A DNA stretch of 62,040 nucleotides from Candidatus Limnocylindria bacterium (GTDB lineage Bacteria > Chloroflexota > Limnocylindria > QHBO01), in contig DATBLJ010000031.1 of the NCBI GenBank assembly GCA_036555375.1, forward strand, positions 1 to 62,040, given 5' to 3'. Every line of letters starts with the position of its first letter. Positions within the stretch are counted from its first letter, which is position 1. The notes under the pieces are model-generated. The model searched no databases, was not told the DNA's origin, and saw only the letters and a program-made list of their open reading frames with translations. Made by a program: the position numbers and the translations under genes. Of this stretch, positions 25,741 through 36,093 are shown piece after piece.

Positions 25741-27033
25741 GTGAGCCGCACCGAGCGAGCCAGGCTGGCCGAGCTGCGTTCGAAGGTCGGAGCGCTGTAT
25801 CGGTCCAACCGGCGGCAGGGCCACGCCGATTGGTGCCAGCGGGACTACGACTACGTCTGTCCGTCGCCGGATACCTACCCGTTCCAATGGTTCTGGGACT
25901 CCTGCTTCCACGCGATCGTCCTCAGCCGCTTCGATCCGGCTCGCGCTGCAGCCGAGCTCCGGACCCTTCTTGCCAACCAGCTCCCGGACGGCTTCGTCAG
26001 CCACATGACCCTCTGGGAGCGCGATCTGCGTGACGCCGCCCGGGAGACGCTCCAGATCAACTGGCGCACGCCCTGGCTGTCGGACGCGATGCAGCCGCCC
26101 CTGCTGGCCGAGGCACTGGCCGCGGTCGTGCTCCGCGGAGGAGGCATCGGCGTGCTCCATGAGCTCCTGCCTGCCGTGCGTGCGTACTACGACTGGTGCC
26201 ACCGCATCCGCGATATCGATGGCAGCGGCCTGATCGTTGTGTTCGAGCCGCACGAAACCGGCATGGACCAGAGCCCGGTGTTCGACGAGTACGTCCAGGT
26301 GGATGATCTGAGCCCGAGCGGCTTCGAGGCCGCGTGGCGCTCGATCGCCGAGGCCCAGGCCGCGGTGGGCCGCGATCCGGCGCAGATGGTGGCGCTGGAC
26401 CGGTTCGTGGTCGCGGACGTGCTGGTCAACGCGGTCTACGCCGAGAACCAGCGCGTCCTGGCGGACCTGGTTGCCCAGTCCGGCGACGACGCCGGGGCGG
26501 CCGAGATGAGAGCTCGCGCCGAGCGCACCGCGTCGGCACTCCTAGGCCGCTGCTGGAGCGATGCCGACGAGGACTTCCACGGGCTGGCTGGACGGGTCGG
26601 AAATCCGTTGCCCGGCGGCAGCGTGGCCGGGCTTCTTCCGCTCCTGCTTCCAGAATGCCCGGAACCGATCGTGACCCGAATCGTGGGTCGCCTCGAGGAC
26701 GAGACGGAATTCGGTGCGCGCTTTCCGATTCCGAGCGTGGCCCGCTCCCACCCCGCGTTCTCCCCACGGCCGCTCGGCAACCTGCTGTGGCGCGGCCCGA
26801 CCTGGGTCAACCTGAACTGGCTGGTGGCGCGCGGACTCCGGCGCCGGGGACGAGCCGATCTGGCACGTCGGATCGAAGACGCGAGTCTGGCCCTGGTGGA
26901 ACGGTCCGGCTTTCGCGAGTACTACAACCCGCTCACGGGCGCCGGGTACGGGGCGCGCAACTTCGCTTGGTCGGCCCTTGTTCTGGACATGCTCGCCACC
27001 CGCCTCGAGGGCGACGACCCGGCTAGCCCTTGA
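25741..27033 (+). CDS. GH63-family (MGH1-like) glycosidase, glucosylglycerate/mannosylglycerate-hydrolase-like
   Basis: YPFQWFWDSCFHAIVL, FEPHETGMDQSPVFDEY, LWRGPTWVNLNWL and FREYYNPLTG parallel my memory of mycobacterial glucosylglycerate hydrolase. A TAGACT box (25728-25733) lies 7 nt before the GTG. Confidence 0.7.
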   Translation: MSRTERARLAELRSKVGALYRSNRRQGHADWCQRDYDYVCPSPDTYPFQWFWDSCFHAIVLSRFDPARAAAELRTLLANQLPDGFVSHMTLWERDLRDAARETLQINWRTPWLSDAMQPPLLAEALAAVVLRGGGIGVLHELLPAVRAYYDWCHRIRDIDGSGLIVVFEPHETGMDQSPVFDEYVQVDDLSPSGFEAAWRSIAEAQAAVGRDPAQMVALDRFVVADVLVNAVYAENQRVLADLVAQSGDDAGAAEMRARAERTASALLGRCWSDADEDFHGLAGRVGNPLPGGSVAGLLPLLLPECPEPIVTRIVGRLEDETEFGARFPIPSVARSHPAFSPRPLGNLLWRGPTWVNLNWLVARGLRRRGRADLARRIEDASLALVERSGFREYYNPLTGAGYGARNFAWSALVLDMLATRLEGDDPASP

Positions 27034-27907
27034 CCGAGCCGCCCACGATGCCGCGCACGAAGTACCGCTGGAGGCTGAAGAACACGATCAGCGGGACGAT
27101 CATCGACAGGAAGGCGGCCGCCCCGAGGAACTCGGAGCCGCCGCCGATCGAGGTCACCAGGTTGGCGATGCTGACCGGGAGCGGCAGGTTCTCGGGATTG
27201 ATCAGGCCGATGTAGATCAGCGACACCAGCAGGTCGTTCCACACGAACAGAAACTGGAAGATGGCCAGCGCGGCGATGGCCGGCACCGTCATCGGCAGGG
27301 CTAGGCGGAAGAACGCGGTCACCGGGCTGGCGCCGTCGATGGAGGCCGACTCGAAGACCTCCCTTGGCAAGGAGCCCATGAAGTTGCGCAGCAGGAAGAT
27401 CGCGAATGGCAGCCCGTACCCGGTATGCGCCAGCCACACCGCCAGGAAGCTCCCCGCGATGCCCCACGTGGCGAACAGCTGGAGGATCGGGATGAGGGTC
27501 GCCTGCAGTGGGACGACGAGCAGGCCCACCACCACGACGAACAGCGCGTCGCGCCCCGGGAACTCCATCCAGCTGAAAGCGTACGCGGCGAATGCCGCGA
27601 CGAAGATCGGGATGACCGTCGCCGGGATGCTGATGATCAGGCTGTTGAGGAAGTTCGTCCCGATGTCCTGTTGGGACAGGACGTGGGCGTAGTTCTCGAG
27701 GGTGAACTGGTAGGGCGGGACGATCGCCGTCCACCATCCACTGGAGGTTTGCTCCGCTGCCGGTCGGAAGGAGTTGATCAGCAGCCCGATGGTGGGGATG
27801 GCCCAGATGACCATGAGTCCGATGACGACGGTGTGGAGACCGAGGTGGCCGCGCACCCGGGCCACCCGGCCCAGGCGCGGCTGCTGCGGGGTGGCGACGG
27901 CGGTCAT
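27023..27907 (-). CDS. Carbohydrate ABC transporter permease (MalG/SugB-like)
   Basis: The ATG at 27907 forms an ATGA overlap with the upstream permease stop. EAA-type loop ESASIDGASPVTAFFRLALP. The longer track ORF start at 28279 is out of context. Confidence 0.88.
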   Translation of the reverse strand: MTAVATPQQPRLGRVARVRGHLGLHTVVIGLMVIWAIPTIGLLINSFRPAAEQTSSGWWTAIVPPYQFTLENYAHVLSQQDIGTNFLNSLIISIPATVIPIFVAAFAAYAFSWMEFPGRDALFVVVVGLLVVPLQATLIPILQLFATWGIAGSFLAVWLAHTGYGLPFAIFLLRNFMGSLPREVFESASIDGASPVTAFFRLALPMTVPAIAALAIFQFLFVWNDLLVSLIYIGLINPENLPLPVSIANLVTSIGGGSEFLGAAAFLSMIVPLIVFFSLQRYFVRGIVGGSVKG

Positions 27908-28881
27908 CGGACCGCCTCCTGGGCACGGAAGCGATTGATGTTGATCAGCATGATCGGCACGATGGCCGCCAGGAGAATGACCGCGATGGCGCTCGCGCGC
28001 CCGTACTGGCCGAAGCTGAACATCTGCTTGTACATCAGGTTGGCGATGACCTCGGTGTTCAGGTTGCCGTTGGTCATCGTGTACACGATGTCGAAGGCCT
28101 TGAGCGCGGTGATGATCATCGTCGTCGCGACCACGGCGAGGGTCGGCGTCAGCAGCGGATAGATGATCCGCCGGAACACCTGCCATTCGGTGGCGCCATC
28201 CACCCGGGCGGCCTCCAGGAGCTCGGGGTTGATGCCCTTCAACGCCGCCGAGATGATCACCATCCCGAAGCCGGTCCACATCCAGGCCATGACGATGATC
28301 AGCATGATCGTGTTGATCCTGAAGTCGACGACCTGGAGGAAGGCCACTGGCCCCGCGCCAAAGATCCCGAGGATGGCATTCAGCGTGCCGGTCTGGACCG
28401 CCCCGGGGGGTCGGTACTGGTACATGTAGAGCCAGATCACGCCGGCGGCGACCATGCTGATCGCGAGCGGCATGAAGATGACCGACTTCGCGGCCGATTC
28501 GTAGCGAACCCGATCAACCAGGACCGCGAAGAGGAGACCCACGCCGACGACCAGCACGGTCAGGAGCACGAGCCACAGGGCGTTGTTGATCAGCGCCGAC
28601 TGGGCCCCCTCGTCCGTGAAGAACCACGCATAGTTCTCGAGTCCGACGAACGTCTCGCCGGTGGCGTCTCGCAGGCTGCGGACGACCGTCCCGATCGTCG
28701 GGTAGACGAGGAACAGGCCCAGCAGAGCGAACGCCGGAGCCAGCCACAGCCAGGGTCGAACACGCGGCTTGTACTTCCCCGGCACCACCCGCAGCACCTG
28801 CTCGGTTGCCCAGATGTAGCCGATCATCACCAGGGGCACGCCGATCACGGCGACCAGGGTGGTGATCAGTTTGTCGCTCAT
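27904..28881 (-). CDS. Carbohydrate ABC transporter permease (MalF/SugA-like)
   Basis: 325 aa with 6 TM segments and the EAA loop EAARVDGATEWQVFRRIIYP. Confidence 0.88.
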   Translation of the reverse strand: MSDKLITTLVAVIGVPLVMIGYIWATEQVLRVVPGKYKPRVRPWLWLAPAFALLGLFLVYPTIGTVVRSLRDATGETFVGLENYAWFFTDEGAQSALINNALWLVLLTVLVVGVGLLFAVLVDRVRYESAAKSVIFMPLAISMVAAGVIWLYMYQYRPPGAVQTGTLNAILGIFGAGPVAFLQVVDFRINTIMLIIVMAWMWTGFGMVIISAALKGINPELLEAARVDGATEWQVFRRIIYPLLTPTLAVVATTMIITALKAFDIVYTMTNGNLNTEVIANLMYKQMFSFGQYGRASAIAVILLAAIVPIMLININRFRAQEAVR

Positions 28882-28960
28882 GGGCGTCTCCGGCCGGTGA
28901 GAGGTCGATGAGCCCGGGCCGCGACCGGCGGTCGCGGCCCGGGCAAGAACTTACCGCTGG

Positions 28961-30268
28961 CTACTGGGCATAGGCATCCACGGCCACGCCGGCCAGCCGT
29001 TCGAGCGCTTCGTCGATCGTCTGCTGACCCGCGGTCAGGGTGACCATGTTCGACCAGAAGGCCGCATTCATCGACGTCGGCATCTGGTCGGACGCGTCGA
29101 ACACCAGCGAATCGGCTCCCGTCAGCATCCCGCCCATGAGGGCGCTGATGTCGTCGGGGTACGAGGTCGCGTTGCTGTTCGGGGACAGGGCCCCGCCACG
29201 CTGCACCCAGATGTCCTGGGCCTCGGCGGTCACGAGGTACCGCATCAGTGACTTGGCCGCCTCGGTGTCATGGAACATGCCGAACAGGTCTCCGGCACCT
29301 TCCACCGCGGTGGCGTATTGGTCGTTGAAGGCCGGGAACGGGAACGCGTTGTAGTTGGTCCCCGCCGTTTGGTTGGCGAATTCACCCAGCCCGGTGATGA
29401 AGCTGGCCTGATGGAAGAGGGCGCACCCCGGCGGATCGGTGAAGAGCGGGTCGCCCGCGAGGTCGAACTTGGTGGCCACCGCATTCGTCCCGCCGCCGTA
29501 GGTGTTGTCCACGACTTCCATGTAGGTCTCGAAGGCCGTCTTGATGGCCGGATCGGTCCAGGGAACTTCCCCAGCCCACCATTGGTTGTAGACGTCAGGT
29601 CCGGCCTGGCGCAGGAGGATGTTCTCGATCCAGTCGGTCGCCGGCCATCCGGAGGCGTCGCCGGACTCGATGCCGAGGCACCACAGCGCATCGGCGTCGC
29701 CCTGGTTCGCCTCGCCCTGCGACATGAGGTCGTCCCAGGTCGCGGGCGGATCTGCCGAGTAGTCGTGCAGCCCGGGGTTGTACCAGATGAGGCCCTTCAC
29801 GGCAGCCTTGATGAAGATTCCATACGTCGTCCCGTCGACCATCCCAAGCTCGACGAGTGCCGGCGAGGTCTCGCTCTCATAGGTCGCGATGTCGAGGACA
29901 TCGTCGAGCGGCTTCAGCGCGCCGGCGGCGGCGTACTCCGCCATCTGACCCGGGCCGGGAAGGCCGGCCAGATCCGGCAGAACACCAGTTGGGATTCCGG
30001 CCGCGAGGATGTCATTGATCGCCCGCGTGCCCTGGTACTTCACGGTGTTCCCGGTCTCGGCCTCCCACGGCGCGACCATCGCCAGGAACGACTCCTGCTC
30101 GGCGTCGGTCCAGGTCCCGATCACGGTGACTTCTTCACCACCGGATGGGGCCGAGGCGCCGGGCTCCTGTGAGCCGGCCGGCGATTGGCTCGCCGACGAC
30201 TGACACGCGGCGATCACGATGGCCATGGGCAGCAGCGCCGCGAACAGCCGGAATGGTTTCCTACTCAT
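28961..30268 (-). CDS. Sugar ABC transporter substrate-binding lipoprotein
   Basis: Signal peptide plus lipobox MSRKPFRLFAALLPMAIVIAAC. 435 aa, the size of a family-1 solute-binding protein. SD AAGGAGGAAA upstream. Confidence 0.85.
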   Translation of the reverse strand: MSRKPFRLFAALLPMAIVIAACQSSASQSPAGSQEPGASAPSGGEEVTVIGTWTDAEQESFLAMVAPWEAETGNTVKYQGTRAINDILAAGIPTGVLPDLAGLPGPGQMAEYAAAGALKPLDDVLDIATYESETSPALVELGMVDGTTYGIFIKAAVKGLIWYNPGLHDYSADPPATWDDLMSQGEANQGDADALWCLGIESGDASGWPATDWIENILLRQAGPDVYNQWWAGEVPWTDPAIKTAFETYMEVVDNTYGGGTNAVATKFDLAGDPLFTDPPGCALFHQASFITGLGEFANQTAGTNYNAFPFPAFNDQYATAVEGAGDLFGMFHDTEAAKSLMRYLVTAEAQDIWVQRGGALSPNSNATSYPDDISALMGGMLTGADSLVFDASDQMPTSMNAAFWSNMVTLTAGQQTIDEALERLAGVAVDAYAQ

Positions 30269-30305
30269 CTTTCCTCCTTGGGTTTGCCTTTCGGGCCGGA
30301 TCGGG

Positions 30306-31394
<1,089 letters not shown>

Positions 31395-31577
31395 CGCGTC
31401 CTCCGTGGAGAGGTCTCGCTCGGCCGGGGCATCGGCCGGCGATGGCCGTGAATCCAGACTTTACCCTACCCGGTCTAGCCAGTTCCGGCCATCCCACACG
31501 GTCCGTCATACGGGTCTTCCCGCGTCAACCGCCTAAGACTATTCTCGGTTTGCAACAGGATCCGAGGCGGTGAGCGC

Positions 31578-32249
31578 ATGAACCTCTTCCGCATCTGGGG
31601 ATCGGTACCCGTTGCCCCGTCGCGAATCGCTCGCTGGACGGCCTTCCTAGGAGTCGCGGCTCTGGTCGTTGCGTGTGCGTCATCGGCTCCGGACGCGGGC
31701 GCATCGGCGCCCGCGGCCAGCGCGGCGGCCGAGATGGTGTTCACCTCGCCGCTGTATGGCTACTCCGCGACGCTAACGACCGCCTGGCGGATCGTGCCGG
31801 CCAGCGACGCATGGGACGGCGAGGAGGTCATCGGCCACGAGGACGCGATGGTGGACCAACTGGTCGCCCCGCAGGTCGGGGACCGCTGCGAGAACACGTT
31901 CCGATGCGGGCCCAACGCCTGGGCCTTGGCATATCCGGCGACGGATGACCTCGCAACGGTCGTCGCGTCGATGGATGCACGCGAGGTCGAGGACCACGAC
32001 TGCCCGGCGACTCCCGAGGAGCAGTCCGACACGGAGATCGACGGCGAGCCCGCCATCCTGAGCGTGACCCACTGTCCGGAGGGTGCCGAAGATGGTGGGC
32101 TGATGATCGTGCGCGCCATCGCGATCCACGACGGAACCGCGTACTACTTCTGGATCCAGGACCCGTCCTCGATCGCCCAGCGCGACCTGGAACCGCTCAT
32201 GCGGTCCGACTTCGAGGCACTGCTCGCCGAGGTCGACCTCCCCGACTGA
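31578..32249 (+). CDS. Hypothetical secreted lipoprotein
   Basis: Signal peptide plus lipobox FLGVAALVVAC. No family recognised. SD GAGGCGG upstream. Confidence 0.6.
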   Translation: MNLFRIWGSVPVAPSRIARWTAFLGVAALVVACASSAPDAGASAPAASAAAEMVFTSPLYGYSATLTTAWRIVPASDAWDGEEVIGHEDAMVDQLVAPQVGDRCENTFRCGPNAWALAYPATDDLATVVASMDAREVEDHDCPATPEEQSDTEIDGEPAILSVTHCPEGAEDGGLMIVRAIAIHDGTAYYFWIQDPSSIAQRDLEPLMRSDFEALLAEVDLPD

Positions 32250-32252
32250 CCG

Positions 32253-33653
32253 TCAGTCCGGCGGCTTCGCCGGATTCGGCCGTTTCCGCGGTGCGCGCTC
32301 CAGCTGACCGGCCCGGTCGGGCCACTCGTAGCCGGCCCACGGGTCGTAGTCGGGGTCCGGAGGCTCGGGCTTGGGCCGATCCTTCTCGGGGACGTGGCGC
32401 AGGTTGACCCGGACCCGCCACCAGATGGTCGAGCGGCCGCGCATCGCGTCGTACAGGACGTCGTCCACCGCCAGGTAGGGCACGACCTTCCTGTGGCGCT
32501 GCTTCCAGCGCTCGAGACCGTCCTCGACCTCGGGTTTGGTGGCGGCCTGGGCGACGACGACCAGCGGGGCGGACGACCGGCGGCGGCCGGTGGGGGAGGG
32601 AACCTCTGGGTTGGCCTTGGCATCGGCCTTGGACTCGGTCTTCGGCTCGGGCTTGCGGGCCTTCGACGGCTGGACACGAGGCGGCTCCCCGGGCTGCTTG
32701 GCGTAGTTCGGGGGCCACGGCGCGTCGCCCTCGCCCGCGGCCTCGTGGCGGGCGACGAGCTCGAGCAGAGGCTCCAACGAGAACGCCCGCTCGTCGATCC
32801 CGGCACCGACGTCGCCAAGCTTCGCGTATCGGACCGGCACCGTCTTCACCGTGAAGTCGGCCGCGTCGCAGTCGGGGACCTCGTCCCAGGTCAGCGGCGT
32901 CGAGACGCGGGCATCGCGCAGTGGCCGGACCGAATAGACCGACGCCACGGTCCGGTCCTTGGCGTTCTGGTTGTAGTCGAGGAACACGCCATGGCGCTCC
33001 TCCTTCCACCACTTGCTGGTGGCCAGCGCCGGCGCCCGGCGCTCGACCTCACGCGCCACCGCCAGCGCCGCCCGCCGCACCTCGCCGAACCCCCATCGGC
33101 GCTCCAGGCGAACGTAGACATGCATCCCGCGCGAGCCCGACGTCTTGGGCCAGGCGACGTAGCCCAGCTCCTCGAACAGCTCGCGGCAGACGAGGGCCAC
33201 CGCCCGAACGTCGCCCCACCCGACCCCAGGGCCGGGATCCAGGTCGATCCGCAGCTCGTCGGGATGCTCGAGATCGTCATCGCGGACCGGGTGCGGGTTC
33301 AGGTCGATGCACCCGAGGTTGATGACCCACGCCAGCGCCGCGGGGTTGGACACGACGACCTCGTCCGCGGTCCGGCCCGAGGGGAAGGCCAGCTCCACGG
33401 TCCGGACCCAGGGCGGCAGGTTGGACGGCGCCCGCTTCTGGAAGAAGAACTCGTCACCCGCCCCGTTCGGAAAGCGCTTGAGGGCCATCGGCCGGTCCCG
33501 AACGCCAAGGACCGCTCCCTCCCCAACCGACAGGTAATATCGGATCAGGTCCAGCTTGGTGACCCCGGCCTCGGCGAAGAACAGCTTGCCGGGATTGCTG
33601 ACCGATACGGACTGCCCGCCGGCCTCGATCTCGACGGTTTCGGTGGGTGCCAC
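32253..33653 (-). CDS. LigD-type polymerase/primase domain protein (PolDom / Prim-Pol) with a C-terminal extension of about 130 aa
   Basis: VSNPGKLFF, LIRYYL, LKRFPNG, FFQKR, GCIDLNPHP, LRIDLDP and SGSRGMHVYV are the archaeo-eukaryotic primase motifs of NHEJ polymerases. The GTG at 33653 was chosen because TACCCT (plus-strand AGGGTA, 33661-33666) lies 7 nt upstream. An ATG at 33689 is the alternative. Confidence 0.85.
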   Translation of the reverse strand: MAPTETVEIEAGGQSVSVSNPGKLFFAEAGVTKLDLIRYYLSVGEGAVLGVRDRPMALKRFPNGAGDEFFFQKRAPSNLPPWVRTVELAFPSGRTADEVVVSNPAALAWVINLGCIDLNPHPVRDDDLEHPDELRIDLDPGPGVGWGDVRAVALVCRELFEELGYVAWPKTSGSRGMHVYVRLERRWGFGEVRRAALAVAREVERRAPALATSKWWKEERHGVFLDYNQNAKDRTVASVYSVRPLRDARVSTPLTWDEVPDCDAADFTVKTVPVRYAKLGDVGAGIDERAFSLEPLLELVARHEAAGEGDAPWPPNYAKQPGEPPRVQPSKARKPEPKTESKADAKANPEVPSPTGRRRSSAPLVVVAQAATKPEVEDGLERWKQRHRKVVPYLAVDDVLYDAMRGRSTIWWRVRVNLRHVPEKDRPKPEPPDPDYDPWAGYEWPDRAGQLERAPRKRPNPAKPPD

Positions 33654-33678
33654 GAGCCTCAGGGTAGCCGGAGTGGGA

Positions 33679-34578
33679 ATGACCGCCATCACGGACCGGG
33701 TCCGCAGCTGGGTCGCGACGGTCACGGATTGGTTCACCGCGCTGACCAAGCGCAACTTCGTGGTCGGTGTCGCCTACGACGCGTTCAACAACTTCAACGC
33801 CCATGAGGCGATGTCGCGATCGGCAGCCATCGGCTACTACTCGATCCTCTCGCTCTTCCCCTTCGCCATGGTCGCGCTCGTGGTCGCCTCGCTCCTCATC
33901 CCAAGCGGGGAGGAGCTGAACGCCCTCGTCGACCGCGTCGCGGACCTGCTCGGGGTGGATCCGGCCACCCTGCACCAGGCACTCGACGCGATGCTCGACT
34001 CCCGCGGTCCGGTGGCGCTCATCGGCATCGGCCTGCTGATCTTCGCCCTGGTGCCGTGGGTCTCCCAGGTCCAACGGGGGATCGTCCGTGCCTTCGGTGA
34101 GGGGCGGCGCTCGTACATCAAGACGACCCTGGGGAGCGTCCTCGTCCTCGGCGCGGGCGCCATCCTGATCCTCCTGTCCGGTGTCTGGGCGACCCTGGTC
34201 GAGGTCGTCGCCGGCATCGTGTCTCGGTTCCTTGGGCAGTTCGTCCTGGTGGACGTCACCCTCCAGATCGGCCTCACTCTGCTGCCCAGCCTGATCGTGT
34301 TCGGCGTCATGGTCGTGTTGTTGCGGGCCATCCCCGCCGAGGACCCGACCTTCCGCGACGTCTGGCTCGGCGCCCTGGTCACCGCCCTCGGGATGCTCGT
34401 CCTGCGCCTCGGGTTTGGGCTCTACGTCGACCTGTTCCTGTCCAACAGCCCGACCGCGGCGGGAGCGTTCGGGGGCATCTTGGTGGCACTCATCCTGATC
34501 GACTTCCTGGCCATTGCCCTGCTCGCCGGGGCCGAGGTCGCGGGGGCGGTCTTCCGGCGCCGACGCGCCTCGAGCTGA
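33679..34578 (+). CDS. YihY/BrkB (ribonuclease BN-like) family membrane protein
   Basis: The ATG at 33679 follows GGAGTGGGA. AAIGYYSILSLFPFAMV is the family hallmark, and there are 6 TM segments. Confidence 0.8.
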   Translation: MTAITDRVRSWVATVTDWFTALTKRNFVVGVAYDAFNNFNAHEAMSRSAAIGYYSILSLFPFAMVALVVASLLIPSGEELNALVDRVADLLGVDPATLHQALDAMLDSRGPVALIGIGLLIFALVPWVSQVQRGIVRAFGEGRRSYIKTTLGSVLVLGAGAILILLSGVWATLVEVVAGIVSRFLGQFVLVDVTLQIGLTLLPSLIVFGVMVVLLRAIPAEDPTFRDVWLGALVTALGMLVLRLGFGLYVDLFLSNSPTAAGAFGGILVALILIDFLAIALLAGAEVAGAVFRRRRASS

Positions 34579-34753
34579 CGCGTCGACCCCGGAACACAGG
34601 TCGGTCCGGTGGGGTTATGGGCCGTTTGGTGTAGGACGGTGTAGTACATTCGCGGCCTCGCCCTCGGTTGACGCCCCGGGGTAGGATGCCCGGGCATTTC
34701 CTTCCGCGGGGGCTGGATGGGACGATGAAATTCACCACGCGCTGCACCGTCTC

Positions 34754-36070
34754 ATGAGACGTCGGCCACGGCTGGCCGCCATAGTCGTCACCCTGGTCGC
34801 GGTCGCCGCCACGTTCGGTGGCGCGACCCCATTCGACCATGCGCGCGGTGGTGATCCGCTCACCGAAGCCCAGAACAACCAGCGTGCCCTGCAGGAGTCG
34901 CTCGCTTCCCAAGAGAAGGAGCTGAAGAGCCTCCAGGCCCTGTCCGCCACCCTCGACGCCCGGCTGGCGGCCGCCGAAGCCGAGCTCGCCTCCGTTTCCG
35001 CCGAGTACGACCGGGTGGCCGGCCTGCTGGTCCAGGTCGAGCAGCAGATCGCCGAGGTCCAGGCTCGGCTCGACGTCCTGCGCTCCCGGATCGCGGCGCT
35101 CGACGAGATGCTGAAGAACCTCACACTCGAGATCGCGCGCCAGAGCCGCCAGCTCGACACTCGCGAGGCGCTGCTCGAAGACCACTACCGCGACGCGTAC
35201 GAGCGGAGCCAGACCTCGCTGCTCGAGGTCCTGCTGGCCGCCGACTCGTTCGAGACCGTCGCGACCCAGGTCGGCTACCTGATGACCGTCTCCGAGCAGG
35301 ACGCGGCGATCGCCGATGAGATCCGCGAGCTCCGCGAGTCCCTCGAGGACAACCGCGCTTCCCTCCGGGAGGGTCGCGACCAGCTGGCCGACGCCCGCCA
35401 CGCCGAGGAGGAGGAGGCCGCCAAGCTGGCCACCCGCCAGGCGGAGCTGGCGCAGCTCAAGCAGCGGATGGGCGAGCTCGTCGTCGCGGCCGAGGCGAAG
35501 CGGATGGAGCAGGCCAATGCGCTCAACGCGGCGCTGACCGCCCAGGGTGACGTCGAGCGCCAGGTCAAGGCCACCAAGGAAGCGGCCCAGGCGGCCAACG
35601 CCCTCGTCCAGCGGCTGCTGGCCGAGTCGAACGTCCAGATCAGCTCCCGCGGATTCCGCTGGCCGGAGGACGTCTTCACGGTCACCCAGGAGTGGGGCCC
35701 GACGAACTTCGTGCTCGAGCCGCCATACACCTACAACGGCACGTACTACCCGCACTTCCACGGCGGGATCGACCTGTACAACGGCTGCGGGACGCGGATC
35801 AAGGCCGCCGGCGCAGGCGTCGTCGTCGCCTCGGGTCAGCCGCTGTGGCCGTGGGACACCGGCTACGGCGTCGTGATCGACCACGGCGGCGGCGTGCTGA
35901 CCTGGTACTGGCACCTGAAGGCCCAGGTCGTGGTCTACCCCGGCCAGGGCGTCGCCCCGGGCGACACGATTGGGTACGAGGGCACGACCGGCATGTCGAC
36001 CGGGTGCCACCTCCACTTCGCGGTGAACGACCACGGGGTCTGGACCAACCCGCGCTGGTACCTGCCCTAG
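34754..36070 (+). CDS. M23 family metallopeptidase with an N-terminal coiled-coil (EnvC-like)
   Basis: A signal anchor and about 270 aa of heptad-rich sequence are followed by the LytM motifs HFHGGIDL, GYGVVIDHGGG and GCHLHFAV. Confidence 0.88.
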   Translation: MRRRPRLAAIVVTLVAVAATFGGATPFDHARGGDPLTEAQNNQRALQESLASQEKELKSLQALSATLDARLAAAEAELASVSAEYDRVAGLLVQVEQQIAEVQARLDVLRSRIAALDEMLKNLTLEIARQSRQLDTREALLEDHYRDAYERSQTSLLEVLLAADSFETVATQVGYLMTVSEQDAAIADEIRELRESLEDNRASLREGRDQLADARHAEEEEAAKLATRQAELAQLKQRMGELVVAAEAKRMEQANALNAALTAQGDVERQVKATKEAAQAANALVQRLLAESNVQISSRGFRWPEDVFTVTQEWGPTNFVLEPPYTYNGTYYPHFHGGIDLYNGCGTRIKAAGAGVVVASGQPLWPWDTGYGVVIDHGGGVLTWYWHLKAQVVVYPGQGVAPGDTIGYEGTTGMSTGCHLHFAVNDHGVWTNPRWYLP

Positions 36071-36093
36071 GCTGACCCCCGCGGTCCCGTGGA

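Noticed and set aside
34579-34753. c-di-AMP (ydaO) riboswitch upstream of the M23 cell-wall hydrolase
   Set aside because: The conserved ydaO cores that I remember (GGGGACCCA..., ...CCGAGCCGUCAGCUAACCUCGUAAGC) are not present.
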